A stretch of 64,000 nucleotides of DNA from Candidatus Omnitrophota bacterium (GTDB lineage: Bacteria; Omnitrophota; Gorgyraeia; S143-82), in the NCBI GenBank assembly GCA_015494465.1, contig WGBD01000001.1, forward strand, positions 244,477 to 308,476, written 5' to 3'. Position numbers and translations under genes: made by a program. Below, piece after piece: positions 37,683 through 47,930 of this stretch. The notes below the pieces were generated by a model, which was not told where the DNA came from, did not search any database, and saw only the letters and a list, made by a program, of their open reading frames with translations. Position 1 is the first letter of the stretch. Every line of letters starts with the position of its first letter.

Positions 37683-39084
37683 GCTGGACCCGGCCCTGTT
37701 CCAGGGCCAGTTTTTCCAGTCCCTCTTTTATGGGAATAGGGTACCTCCCCGAGAAACAGGCGGTGCAGAACCTGCCTCCGTTCCCTATGGCCTCCAGCAT
37801 CCCCTCCAAAGATAGGTACCCTAAGCTGTCCACATTCAAGAACTCCTCCACTGCCTCGTGATTCATCTTATTTGCAATCAACTCCTCTCGCGAGGGGAAG
37901 TCTATCCCGTAGAAGCAGGGCCAGCGATGAGGAGGACAGGAGATACGCAAGTGAACCTCTTTGGCCCCTGCATTGCGTATGGCCCTCACTCGCCTCCGAG
38001 AAGTCGTCCCCCGAACTATCGAATCGTCCACCACGATCACCCTCTTGCCCCGCACCACCTCGGGCATTATGTTGAGCTTTATCCTAACCCCGAGATCACG
38101 ATGGCGCTGGTGGGGCTGGATAAAGGTCCTACCCACATAGTGGTTCCGGATAAAGCCCCACTCTAGGGGTATCCCTGACTCTTGGGAGTAGCCTATCGCC
38201 GCGCTGAGCCCTGAATCCGGCACCGGGATCACCATGTCCGCCTCTACTGGATGTTCCCTTGCCAACTGCTTGCCCAATTCCTTGCGGACTTCGTGTACTA
38301 GCCTTCCAAACACCACCGAATCCGGACGGGCGAAGTATATGTGCTCAAATACGCACTGGCTTACCTTGCGCCTCTTTCCGTTCGGGAAGAAGGACCTCAA
38401 GCCCTCGTCGTTTATCAGCACCAATTCACCCGGTTCTACCTCCCGCACATACCTAGCACCTATGAGGTCCAAGGCACAGCTCTCCGAGGCCAATATGTAG
38501 GCCCCGTCCACCTCACCCAGGACCAGAGGGCGAAAACCGTAGGGATCTCTTACCCCCATCATCCCGTGTTGATTCAACATAACCAGGGAATAGGCCCCCC
38601 TAACTCGCCTCAAGGCGTAAAATATGTGTTCCAACCAATCTCCTCGCTTGGCGTGGGCGATGAGGTGCACTATCACCTCACTATCGGTGCTAGTCTGAAA
38701 GATCGCTCCCCGACCTTCCAATTCTCTCCTCAGCTCCCTGCTGTTTATGAGATTGCCGTTGTGTCCGATTGCCAGGAATCCGTCCTTGTAATTGATCAAC
38801 AACGGCTGGGCATTCTCTAGTATGCTGGAACCAGTAGTGGAATAACGCACATGGCCTACTGCCACATCCCCTGGGAGGTGGGACAAAGACTGCTCGTCGA
38901 AGACATCCGCCACCAGCCCCATTCCCTTGTGGACGAAGGCCTGCCTACTGGTCCTCTCAAAAGAGACTATCCCTGCACTCTCTTGTCCCCTGTGTTGCAG
39001 GGCATAGAGCCCTAGGAAAGTGAAGTAAACCGCATCCTTGTGCCCCCAAATCCCAAAAACACCACAGGCCTCTTTGAGCTCCAT
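37633..39084 (-). CDS. purF: amidophosphoribosyltransferase PurF
   Basis: 483 aa. N-terminal nucleophile in CGVFGIWGH, the PRTase motif VIVVDDSIVRGTT, and C-terminal Fe-S cysteines. Confidence 0.9.
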   Translation of the reverse strand: MELKEACGVFGIWGHKDAVYFTFLGLYALQHRGQESAGIVSFERTSRQAFVHKGMGLVADVFDEQSLSHLPGDVAVGHVRYSTTGSSILENAQPLLINYKDGFLAIGHNGNLINSRELRRELEGRGAIFQTSTDSEVIVHLIAHAKRGDWLEHIFYALRRVRGAYSLVMLNQHGMMGVRDPYGFRPLVLGEVDGAYILASESCALDLIGARYVREVEPGELVLINDEGLRSFFPNGKRRKVSQCVFEHIYFARPDSVVFGRLVHEVRKELGKQLAREHPVEADMVIPVPDSGLSAAIGYSQESGIPLEWGFIRNHYVGRTFIQPHQRHRDLGVRIKLNIMPEVVRGKRVIVVDDSIVRGTTSRRRVRAIRNAGAKEVHLRISCPPHRWPCFYGIDFPSREELIANKMNHEAVEEFLNVDSLGYLSLEGMLEAIGNGGRFCTACFSGRYPIPIKEGLEKLALEQGRVQPSRRIGAPPGRRTRRP

Positions 39085-39094
39085 TTCTCACCTC

Positions 39095-39853
39095 TCAGGA
39101 CTTCTCTAGCCACTTCACCCCCGAACGGAATATATCCAGGGGAGGCATGAACCTGTTGTAGGGGACCCTACCGAACCAGTCCGGGTACTGCGATCCGATC
39201 ACCGCCCGCTCAGGATGAGGCATCAGACCCAAGATCTGGCCGGAAGGATCGCATATCCCGGCGATGTCCTGGTAGGAACCGTTAGGATTCGTCCCTCCCG
39301 CGTATCTAAACACCACTTGATTGCTCAAAGAGAGCTGGTGGATCGCATTCTCACTTGCCACGAACTTCCCTTCTGCGTGGGCGACGGGCATTCGCAGACG
39401 GTCTGCAGTCAAGAGATGGGTCCAAGGCAGGTCCCTTCGGCAGACCTCCAGCTCCACCCAGCGATCCACGAACAATCCACTGTCGTTCTCTACTAAGGAG
39501 GCCTCCACGGTAAAGTACCCGGACATCGCTGGTAACAACCCAGCCTTTACCAAGACCTGAAATCCGTTGCATATACCCAGGATCAAGCCCCCTCTATCCA
39601 AAAACTCCAGCAGGACATTCTTCAAGAAAAGCTCCAGCTCCAAGGCCAAGACCTTGCCTGCACTGATGTCGTCACCGTAGGAAAACCCGCCCGGGATGAC
39701 CAGCATGCGATAATCCAACAAGACCGCCGGATCCCTCCTCAGCTGGTTGATGTGTAAGCTATCTGGGTTGGCATCGGCAAGACGCAAGGCGTACACCGTC
39801 TCTTCGTCACAGTTGGTGCCAGCGGTCCTCAACACTAAGGCCCTTATTCCCAT
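39095..39853 (-). CDS. purQ: phosphoribosylformylglycinamidine synthase glutaminase subunit PurQ
   Basis: 252 aa. Class-I glutamine amidotransferase (GICNGFQVL, HAEGKF, MPHPER). Confidence 0.9.
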   Translation of the reverse strand: MGIRALVLRTAGTNCDEETVYALRLADANPDSLHINQLRRDPAVLLDYRMLVIPGGFSYGDDISAGKVLALELELFLKNVLLEFLDRGGLILGICNGFQVLVKAGLLPAMSGYFTVEASLVENDSGLFVDRWVELEVCRRDLPWTHLLTADRLRMPVAHAEGKFVASENAIHQLSLSNQVVFRYAGGTNPNGSYQDIAGICDPSGQILGLMPHPERAVIGSQYPDWFGRVPYNRFMPPLDIFRSGVKWLEKS

Positions 39854-39854
39854 C

Positions 39855-42731
39855 TTACCACCTAAACCTGCTCCGCCAAACCCTTTCTAGATTCTTCACA
39901 TCCTCAACGATGTACTCCTCTCCCTCCAGGCCGTACACGACGAAGCTCTTGCCCTCGCTGGTCCTACCCACCAGCTCACAAGGGAGGCCCTCGAACAGTT
40001 TCTCGAACCTGCCTTTGTGCTTACGATCTATCTCGACCAAAAACCTGCTCTGGCTCTCACTGTAGAACACCACCTCATTGCTTCTACGATCCCCCTCGAA
40101 TGGGACATTGTTCAGAAACAGCTCCGCTCCTATACCCCCTCCTATGCACATCTCCGCCAAGGCCACCCCGATTCCCCCATCGGAGATGTCGTGGCAGGCC
40201 AAGACGATCCCTTCCCTAACCGCCAAGTGCAATCTCTTGTACAACTCCCTGGCCAAGGACACATCCGTACGAGGAACCGAATTGCCAAGCACTCCAAACA
40301 GATTTAGAAATGCGCTTCCTCCCAATTCGTCCCTCGTGAGGCCTACCACATATAGGAGCGTATCTCTCCGCTTTAAGTAAGGAGAGACCACCTTGGAGAT
40401 GTCGTCTATCATTCCCATTCCCGATATAAGGAGAGTCCCTGGAATAGGGATGCTCTCGTTTCCTTTTAGGAACTCGTTGTAAAGGCTGTCCTTGCCCGAT
40501 ATAAACGGTACCCCGAAGCCCAGGGCAAAGTCGTAACAGCCCTTGCTGGCCCGAACGAGTCCTCCCAACCTGTCTGGTTTGTCGGGGTTGCCCCAGCAGA
40601 AGTTATCCAGGATAGAGATCCTATCGGGGTTCCCTCCCACAGCTACTATCTGTCTTATTGCCTCGTCTATACACGCCCCAGCCATCCAATAGGGATCTAT
40701 CCTTCCGTACCAGGGGTTGATCCCACAGCCGAGGGCTATACCTTTCTTGCTGTGTAGGTGTCCGCGTATAACTGCGGAATCGCTTGGGGCGACCTGGCGC
40801 GGTCCGCACAACGGCTTTAATGCCGACCTACCCTGCACCTCGTGGTCGTACTGCCTTATCACCCACTCCTTAGAGGCGATGTTGTAGGAAGAAAGGACTT
40901 GACGGAATGTCTTACTCGGATCCTCTACATCTGGGACGGGCTCTTCTTTCTTCACCCAAGTCCAGACTGCCAACTTCTCTTCCAAAGGTAATCCCCCGTG
41001 GAGGAAGTCCACATCCATCTCCATCACCAGGGCCCCATCGTAGTAAAGGCGCAAGCGACGATCCCCGGTAAACTCCCCTATACAAGTCGCCAGGACATCT
41101 TCTTCGGCAAAGGCGGAGACGACATCCTCCAGGTATTCAGGCTTGACAGCCAAGACCATCCTCTCCTGTGATTCGGAGATCCATATCTCGGTATAGCTCA
41201 GTCCTGAATACTTCAGTGGAACCTTCTCCAGATAGACCACCGCTCCGACATCCCTAGCCATCTCCCCAACTGCAGAGGACAGGCCTCCAGCTCCACAGTC
41301 GGTGATGGCCCTGTACCATCCTTTATCCCTTATCTTCAGCAGGACATCCGCGAACTTCTTCTCTTCGATCGGATTGCCTATCTGTACCGCAGAGGCACAG
41401 CTGTACTGGGACTCCTCGGTCAACTCCGCGGAGGAGAATGTGGCACCGTGGATACCGTCTCGTCCAGTCCTCCCCCCGATCAGGACTATCTTATCCCCTG
41501 GGCGGATCTCCTTCTCTACCGCACCCTTCGGCATAAGCCCCACGGTCCCGCAGTAAACTAGGGGATTGGCACAAAAGTCCGGATCAAAGAAGATCGCACC
41601 GTTGACCGTGGGGATGCCCATCTTGTTCCCATAATCTCTGACCCCTGCCACCACCTCCCGCATCATCCTCCGGGGATGGATAACCCCCTCTGGTACTTCC
41701 TTGGTGTCAGGGGGAGCGAAACAAAACACATCGGTATTAGCGATCGGCTTGGCCCCCAAGCCACATCCGAGCACATCCCTTATCACCCCTCCCAGTCCGG
41801 TGTTGGCGCCACCGAACGGCTCCAGGGCAGAGGGATGATTGTGCGTCTCTACCTTAAAGCACACCGCCCAGTCCGAATCGAACTCTACTACCCCGGCGTT
41901 GTCCTTGAATACCGAAAGGCACCAAGGCTTGTCGAGTTCCTTGGTTGCCTTCATTATGTAGTCCTTAAACAGAGAAGAGATCCTCTCTTCCGTTACGACA
42001 TCTCCTTCCTCCGAGACCTCCCTGTACAATATCGGACTCTTAAAGGTCTTGTGTTGGCAGTGCTCAGACCAGGTCTGGGCTATGGTCTCCAACTCCACAT
42101 CGGTAGGATTTCTCCCCAACTTGCGATAATGTTCCTGAACTGCCTTCATCTCCCTCAGGTTCAAAGAGAGCATCCAATCCTTGCTGATCTGGAGGAGTTC
42201 CTCATCGCCTTTCTCTAGGAGTTCCACCTCCCTGAGGCTAAACTCGTACCCTGGGGACCTCTGGTGAAAAGGATGGAGAAAATCGTTTATGACCCCTATC
42301 TGGATGAGCGGATTGTAGAGCTGGGAAAGAACCGCATTGAGGACACCCTTATCCAAGGGAGGAAACTCGTAGCGCACGCCGGTAAAGACCGCCACGGGAT
42401 CCTGGCGAAAGAACTCCCTAAAGGCCCGGGAGATGGTGATCGCCTCGGGATCCATCACCCCAGGGAGATAACCGATCTCGACCCAGCTCCCTTCGATAAC
42501 GGGAGGGCTATCGTCCGGATAGATGAAGACGCTCTCTACGACGGGATCGAGCAAGACCTTCTCCGCAAAGGCCTCTAGCTCCTCGAGGGAAGGGCCTGCC
42601 TCCAAAAAGACCAGCCTCACTCGCCTTACCGAATCTATCCCTTCGACCCCGAATCCCTTCAAATAGGAAACGATCTCCCGGCTGGCCGGGGAGCCAGGAT
42701 CTCTATGAATCACATGAACACGGATTCGCAT
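39855..42731 (-). CDS. purL: phosphoribosylformylglycinamidine synthase PurL with N-terminal PurS-like domain(s)
   Basis: 958 aa. About 200 N-terminal residues are PurS-like (PGVMDPEAITISRAF). A PurL/AIR-synthase-related core follows (FKVETHNHPSALEPFGGANTGLGGVIRD). Confidence 0.85.
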   Translation of the reverse strand: MRIRVHVIHRDPGSPASREIVSYLKGFGVEGIDSVRRVRLVFLEAGPSLEELEAFAEKVLLDPVVESVFIYPDDSPPVIEGSWVEIGYLPGVMDPEAITISRAFREFFRQDPVAVFTGVRYEFPPLDKGVLNAVLSQLYNPLIQIGVINDFLHPFHQRSPGYEFSLREVELLEKGDEELLQISKDWMLSLNLREMKAVQEHYRKLGRNPTDVELETIAQTWSEHCQHKTFKSPILYREVSEEGDVVTEERISSLFKDYIMKATKELDKPWCLSVFKDNAGVVEFDSDWAVCFKVETHNHPSALEPFGGANTGLGGVIRDVLGCGLGAKPIANTDVFCFAPPDTKEVPEGVIHPRRMMREVVAGVRDYGNKMGIPTVNGAIFFDPDFCANPLVYCGTVGLMPKGAVEKEIRPGDKIVLIGGRTGRDGIHGATFSSAELTEESQYSCASAVQIGNPIEEKKFADVLLKIRDKGWYRAITDCGAGGLSSAVGEMARDVGAVVYLEKVPLKYSGLSYTEIWISESQERMVLAVKPEYLEDVVSAFAEEDVLATCIGEFTGDRRLRLYYDGALVMEMDVDFLHGGLPLEEKLAVWTWVKKEEPVPDVEDPSKTFRQVLSSYNIASKEWVIRQYDHEVQGRSALKPLCGPRQVAPSDSAVIRGHLHSKKGIALGCGINPWYGRIDPYWMAGACIDEAIRQIVAVGGNPDRISILDNFCWGNPDKPDRLGGLVRASKGCYDFALGFGVPFISGKDSLYNEFLKGNESIPIPGTLLISGMGMIDDISKVVSPYLKRRDTLLYVVGLTRDELGGSAFLNLFGVLGNSVPRTDVSLARELYKRLHLAVREGIVLACHDISDGGIGVALAEMCIGGGIGAELFLNNVPFEGDRRSNEVVFYSESQSRFLVEIDRKHKGRFEKLFEGLPCELVGRTSEGKSFVVYGLEGEEYIVEDVKNLERVWRSRFRW

Positions 42732-44010
42732 TGCCTAGTTCCAGACCGCACATCACCCGTTCTGAAGGAAAAGGTATTATATCACGGGCAGGATCCCATT
42801 CAAGCACATAACCCCACAACACCTCTGGCTGGCACGGGTCTTCGCAGTGATCCCCTTTTTGCAGGAGCAAGACCTTTCCCTCTTGCTGTAGTGCCCTCAA
42901 CTCGTAGAATCTTGCCTTATCCCAGGAGAGGACCCGGACCTGGGGATCCCAATAATAGTGGTATCTCAACAGCCACAGATCGCTCCCCATTGCTAAGATC
43001 ACCTTCGGGCGAATAGTCCCCAACTTGGCCAGGAAGATTCGGTTGTATCCCAAGGTCTGTTGAGAAAGCATCTCTGCACTGACCTGAGCGGTCGTAAGAA
43101 ATACCGCCAGCCACAAGGCCACGACGACGGACCTTCGAAGCCAACCCCGCATCCCTTCCCAGATCCGCACCTGGACCTCTATCAACGAGTTAAAGAGTAG
43201 GCCTGCCATGACCATCAAGACGGGTGGCAGGCCAAGACCGACCCCAAAGCACAGGGCCAACGAGAGCCCTATACCTGCCACTGCCAACAAAGGCACCCAG
43301 ACCTTTCTGTCCAAGACGCCCAACCACAATCCACCCAACCCAAGGAAGCCCAAGATGACGGTCTCCAGAGGCAGAGGCCCACTACCACCACCCAAAGGCC
43401 CCAGCGCTCTGAGGACCAGAAAGGCCAGGCCCAACCAAAGCAACGACAAGTACAAGACCTGAGACCTCCGCCTATCAGACAAGCGCACCCGGTGAGCCCA
43501 GAGGAAGAAAAAAGCCGGGAGAAGCGCACCGGCAACCAGGGGATGGAGGATCGTCGCCAACAGCAAGATCCCCACCCCCCAAGCGGTATTTACGAGCACA
43601 CCGGCCCGGGACATCAACTGTGCACCGAGGAGATACAAGCCCAGCAAGAACCAAGCCAATGTCCACCCAAAACCCGAGGAGACGAGGACGAGAAGGATAG
43701 GGGCGCTGAACACCAGCTGAAGGGAAAGGAAGAGCGGAGTAACCGATCTGATCCCCTTCCTGAGGGCCGTCTCGAGGAAGAAGAAGGCACCCAGCAAGAA
43801 AAGGCAAATCTCTACCAGGAGGAGAAAGGCGGGTTCCTGACTCCCTGGGGCCCCGGTCCCTCCAAACCACGAGAACAACCACTTAAGGCCGTAGAGCCAA
43901 TTGGCAAACAGATCCTGCGGTATCCCCGGAAGATCCAGGGACTGGCCTGCGCACAACTCCCGCAGGCCCAATGCCACCGCCACTGTATCCGGCCGGAGAT
44001 AAAACGGCAT
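42703..44010 (-). CDS. polytopic membrane protein of unknown function embedded in the pur operon
   Basis: 435 aa with about 10 predicted TM helices and a soluble Cys-rich C-terminal domain. No recognisable family. Confidence 0.45.
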   Translation of the reverse strand: MPFYLRPDTVAVALGLRELCAGQSLDLPGIPQDLFANWLYGLKWLFSWFGGTGAPGSQEPAFLLLVEICLFLLGAFFFLETALRKGIRSVTPLFLSLQLVFSAPILLVLVSSGFGWTLAWFLLGLYLLGAQLMSRAGVLVNTAWGVGILLLATILHPLVAGALLPAFFFLWAHRVRLSDRRRSQVLYLSLLWLGLAFLVLRALGPLGGGSGPLPLETVILGFLGLGGLWLGVLDRKVWVPLLAVAGIGLSLALCFGVGLGLPPVLMVMAGLLFNSLIEVQVRIWEGMRGWLRRSVVVALWLAVFLTTAQVSAEMLSQQTLGYNRIFLAKLGTIRPKVILAMGSDLWLLRYHYYWDPQVRVLSWDKARFYELRALQQEGKVLLLQKGDHCEDPCQPEVLWGYVLEWDPARDIIPFPSERVMCGLELGNANPCSCDS

Positions 44011-44013
44011 CGT

Positions 44014-45309
44014 CTACAACCCCAGGCGCTGGTAGATGGCATCCACATTCTTCACGAACCGATCGGGGGAGAACAGCTCCTTCAGCTCCTCGCAAGAGAT
44101 CACCGAAGAGACATCCGGATCCCTTCGCAACAGCTCCAGAAACTCGATACCCTCTTCCCAACAGCGCAAGGCGTTGCGTTGGACCCACTCGTAGGCCCTC
44201 ATTCGCTCTATCCCTTTGGACATGAGAGCGGAAAGCACCGCCTGGGAGTATATCAGACCTCGGGTCAGGTTAAGGTTTTCTTCCACCCGATCCCGACGAA
44301 CCCGGAGGTTGGCCAAAAGCCAGGCGAGCTTATCCAACATGTAATCCAATAATATAGTGGCGTCAGGGAATACCACCCGCTCTACCGAGGAATGAGAGAT
44401 GTCCCTCTCGTGCCACAAGGCCACATTCTCCAGGGCGGGAACAAGGTATCCACGCAGTAGGCGGGCCTGACCGGTAAGCCGTTCCGAGATTATTGGATTC
44501 TTCTTGTGGGGCATGGCAGAGGACCCCTTCTGTCCCGGGGCAAAGCCCTCCTCCACCTCCAGGACCTCCGTGCGCTGGAGGTGTCTAACCTCCACTGCAA
44601 AGCGCTCAATGCAGGCCCCCAGCACTGCCAAAGAGGCCAGATAATTCGCGTGGCGATCCCGGGGAACCACCTGGGTAGTGATACTGGCGGGCTCTATCCC
44701 CAATCGTTCGCACACATACCTCTCTACCTCTGGGGGATTGTGGGCGAAGTTGCCCACCGCACCAGACAGCTTGCCCACCGCCAGCTCCTTTCCCGCCAAT
44801 TCTATCCGCCTGCGGGCACGAACCAACTCGTCGTATAAGAGTGCAAACTTCAGACCAAAGCTGGTCGGCTCTGCGTGGACACCGTGAGTCCTACCAACCG
44901 TTATCAACTCCTTGTACTCCAAGGCCTTTTGCCTTGCCAAGGCCATCACCTCATCCAGATCCCTAAGTAAGAGCTCGGTGGCCTCCTTCACTTGTACCCC
45001 AAACGCGGTATCCAACAAATCGTTAGAGGTCAATCCCTTGTGGAGGTAGACTGCATACTCACCCAGGCTCTCGGAGAGGTTCTGAACGAAGGCAACCACA
45101 TCGTGGTGAGTGGTCCTTTCCAACTCCTCTATCCGCTCAACGGATATCTTGGCCCGGGCCCTCATTTCCTCGACCGCCTCCAAGGGGACCCATCCCAGGA
45201 GCTTGGCCTGGGCCTCCGCAGTCAACAGCTCTATCTCCAACATTATTGAGAACTTTCGCCCCTGGCTCCAGATTCGGGCCATGGCCTCCCTGGTATACCT
45301 GCTTATCAT
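44014..45309 (-). CDS. purB: adenylosuccinate lyase PurB
   Basis: 431 aa. Fumarate lyase signature (GSSAMPHKKNP) and PurB N-terminal RYTREAMARIWS. Confidence 0.9.
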   Translation of the reverse strand: MISRYTREAMARIWSQGRKFSIMLEIELLTAEAQAKLLGWVPLEAVEEMRARAKISVERIEELERTTHHDVVAFVQNLSESLGEYAVYLHKGLTSNDLLDTAFGVQVKEATELLLRDLDEVMALARQKALEYKELITVGRTHGVHAEPTSFGLKFALLYDELVRARRRIELAGKELAVGKLSGAVGNFAHNPPEVERYVCERLGIEPASITTQVVPRDRHANYLASLAVLGACIERFAVEVRHLQRTEVLEVEEGFAPGQKGSSAMPHKKNPIISERLTGQARLLRGYLVPALENVALWHERDISHSSVERVVFPDATILLDYMLDKLAWLLANLRVRRDRVEENLNLTRGLIYSQAVLSALMSKGIERMRAYEWVQRNALRCWEEGIEFLELLRRDPDVSSVISCEELKELFSPDRFVKNVDAIYQRLGL

Positions 45310-45356
45310 CCTGATCCCTCCTTGGCGTTAGTGGTTGACCCAGATCTACAATTATA
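45310..45356 (-). promoter_or_regulatory. putative -10 (TATAAT) and strong SD upstream of purB
   Basis: The minus strand reads TGGGTATAATTGTAG...CCAAGGAGGGATCAGG-ATG. The leader would be only about 35 nt, so there is no room for a purine riboswitch. Confidence 0.35.
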
Positions 45357-45532
45357 CCCAGCAAAACCAAACTAGGGGAATCAAAACCTAACGAGGGATT
45401 TTTCCCTTATTTAAGTTGATTTTCTCGCCTGCCAGCCATAAACTTATATGTGGATGCGCAAAAACAGAGACAGTTTTTTCTAAAGAAGAACCGCTTTAGG
45501 ACGATAGTAATAATAGAAGAACAGGGACGAAG

Positions 45533-45871
45533 ATGGCTGAGATAAATAAGGTTCCACAATCTGGTCTGCCTTCTCAATACCTCCGCCAGGTCTTGGCGGA
45601 TCAAAAGGTCCGTCAACAGGAGAGGGCTCAACAGGAGAAGGCCGAAGAGGTAAAACGACAGGAAGAGGACCGCATATCCATCTCCGAAGAGGCCAGACAA
45701 CTCGCAGAGGCCCAACAATTTTACAAGAAGTTCCTGGAAGAGAAGGCCAAGGAGATAGAGCAAGAGAGGATCGAGAGGGTTAAGGAACTCAAGCGGAGGA
45801 TGACTCAAAAACCTGAGACTCCTTTGAGACTGATCGCGGAAAAGATCTCCCAAGAACTGCTAGGCCTTTAA
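45533..45871 (+). CDS. small charged coiled-coil protein (hypothetical)
   Basis: 112 aa, Q/E/K-rich. Its codon usage (ATA, AGG, GAG) matches neighbouring genes. The overlapping minus-strand ORF 45407-45853 is Leu/Phe-rich, which is the typical antisense artefact of E/K-rich coding. Confidence 0.4.
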   Translation: MAEINKVPQSGLPSQYLRQVLADQKVRQQERAQQEKAEEVKRQEEDRISISEEARQLAEAQQFYKKFLEEKAKEIEQERIERVKELKRRMTQKPETPLRLIAEKISQELLGL

Positions 45872-47898
45872 CCCTCTCCCTTCAACTGTTTTCTCCGCTC
45901 GTTTACCCGCTTATAAAACAGCAATAGCTCCTTTTCACTGGGGGAGATCCCAACATATATGTCACTATCATCCGGGGAGCTCTTTTCCCTCTTCCATTCG
46001 ATCCCGATGAGGGCAAAGTCCTCCCAAGAGGATCCAGCAAAACCCCGAATGTCGCTGGCTATCCTTTCCAGGATAGCGGGCAAAGGTAGCTTCACACAGG
46101 AAAGCACGAGCTTGCCCAACCTATCTACATCGTAAGTGCGCCCTTCACCGTTTCTAAGATTAAATATGCTGGGAGGGTAAAAGATCAAAAGATCCCCCGC
46201 GTGCATGTCCACCTCTTTGGGTTCGTAGAATATCTCTCTAGACAATCCTAGCGGTATCAACTCTTCCACCTCGTAACACCTTATCTGTTTGCGGAACCTA
46301 TCTATCAGTATGAAGGAACTCCCCCCAGCCCCGGAAAAGACGATCCTATTCTTGGTCCCATCCAAAAGCACATACAAGAACCTACAGCTCACATTTATCA
46401 CTGATGCCCTCACGAGGGCCTTATTGATGCTGTAAACCACCTCCCCAGGCTGGTGGGTGATTATGGAATGAGAACGCAACAGCCCCCTTAGATAGGAAAT
46501 CTTCATCAAGGCGGAGGTGCCTTTGTCCATTACATCACCTACCGCAAGGGCAAGCTTATCCTGGTTGATGTCTATGAAGTCGTACATACTCCCGCTGACT
46601 TCCCGCCCGGTGACCTCTTTTATCCGGATATCCAGCCAATCCCTGTGGGCTGGCAGATAAGTGGTCTTTTCCTTTATCTGCTTCACCACCAACTTCTCGA
46701 GCTCCCGCGAACGGCGCTCCAGGATCTTGTTTCGCAATCCCACCCCCACCCCAACAGCGCTCATAACCAGCAGCGAAGCCAAGGATTCTCCGTAGAATAG
46801 GAAAAGACCCTTAGATAAGAGCAGGACTCCCAGCACACTACCCGCGAGTATCGCGATCAACCCTGCACAAATCCCATACCGGGGACTGCTCAGGCCTAAG
46901 AGAGATAAAACCACCGCTAAGGAAAATACCAACAGCATCTGTAACCAACCCGGGATAGCATAGGTCACCATTCCCTGTTTCAAGCCCAAAAAACTTACCG
47001 CAAGGATGTGGTGTAGAGGGAGGATTCGCCCCCCAGCAGGGAGCTGGGGTCCGTAATCCGGGAGATTATATCCCACGAAGCATATCTTACCCGCCACCTC
47101 TCGCCAAGGAGGCACATTGACCCCTTTGTGCAAGAACCTACGGTAAATCCTCTTAGGGAGCACCTTGTTCATCGGTAGGGGCTTGGGGAGTCTTACCTTA
47201 AAAAGGGCAGAGGAAACGGATATCCCGTGGCGATCGTCGAGCCCGAGGGAGAGGTCTTGCCAATACAACCTATTCCAGCGCTGGGAGTACCTAAACTTAT
47301 TCTCGTCAAAGCCCATCTGATAGGCCCAGACCTTCAAGACCAGATGAGATACGATCCGCCCCCGGTAAGAAAAGAAGGGGTAAAATCCTTCAACCTCTCC
47401 ACTTGGCCCCAAGTAAAAGTCACTTGCCCCCAACATTACATAGGGAAGGATCCTCCTCCAAGGGAGCCAGACTATAGTCTCGGCGCTTGCTATTGCTCCA
47501 AACCGCGTAGCGATCTCTCCGAATCTCACCGGGGCTAGCACATTGACCTTGTGCCCCCTCAGCACCCTGACCAGGGCATCGTCACCCGAGGTGCCCGAAG
47601 CGGAACTTATAGGGAACCCCAAGACCACGAGCTTGGCCCTGGAGAGCCTGGCAAGCAGTAAGGCCAGGGCCTTTCTGTTGAGAGGAGGGGTCTGGTTGTA
47701 GTCTCTAAAGCTTTCTTGGTCAATGTCTATTACCACCAGGTCCGGAGACCCTTCCTCGGAAGCCTTCCCCTCAAAAAGGTGCGATTTATAAATTAATTCT
47801 TTAATCTTATGATCCAATATTAAAAATTTGGGAGGAACGAAGAAAAAATAAATCACAAGCCAAGCCAAGGCGATGACCCCTAGGGTATACCTACTCAC
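45868..47898 (-). CDS. CHASE2-domain sensor fused to a PP2C/SpoIIE-family serine phosphatase
   Basis: 676 aa. The periplasmic CHASE2 domain (DLVVIDIDQESF..NRKALALLLARLSRAKLVVLGFPIS..GDDALVRVL) is followed by three TM segments and a PP2C domain (MYDFIDINQDKLALAVGDVMDKGTSALM). Confidence 0.7.
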   Translation of the reverse strand: MSRYTLGVIALAWLVIYFFFVPPKFLILDHKIKELIYKSHLFEGKASEEGSPDLVVIDIDQESFRDYNQTPPLNRKALALLLARLSRAKLVVLGFPISSASGTSGDDALVRVLRGHKVNVLAPVRFGEIATRFGAIASAETIVWLPWRRILPYVMLGASDFYLGPSGEVEGFYPFFSYRGRIVSHLVLKVWAYQMGFDENKFRYSQRWNRLYWQDLSLGLDDRHGISVSSALFKVRLPKPLPMNKVLPKRIYRRFLHKGVNVPPWREVAGKICFVGYNLPDYGPQLPAGGRILPLHHILAVSFLGLKQGMVTYAIPGWLQMLLVFSLAVVLSLLGLSSPRYGICAGLIAILAGSVLGVLLLSKGLFLFYGESLASLLVMSAVGVGVGLRNKILERRSRELEKLVVKQIKEKTTYLPAHRDWLDIRIKEVTGREVSGSMYDFIDINQDKLALAVGDVMDKGTSALMKISYLRGLLRSHSIITHQPGEVVYSINKALVRASVINVSCRFLYVLLDGTKNRIVFSGAGGSSFILIDRFRKQIRCYEVEELIPLGLSREIFYEPKEVDMHAGDLLIFYPPSIFNLRNGEGRTYDVDRLGKLVLSCVKLPLPAILERIASDIRGFAGSSWEDFALIGIEWKREKSSPDDSDIYVGISPSEKELLLFYKRVNERRKQLKGEG

Positions 47899-47930
47899 TC
47901 CAAACCTCCAACTTTAGGCTTATCAGTACA

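Noticed and set aside
45310-45532. Possible purine riboswitch or tRNA in the 220-bp purB upstream region
   Set aside because: The -10/SD spacing leaves only about 35 nt of leader. No P1/P2/P3 aptamer pattern and no cloverleaf could be drawn by eye.
45407-45853. 148-aa minus-strand ORF versus the 112-aa plus-strand ORF at the same place
   Set aside because: The minus-strand product is Leu/Phe-rich, which is the complement of E/K codons. The plus-strand product is a coherent charged coiled-coil with genome-typical codon usage. I kept the plus-strand gene and rejected the minus-strand one.
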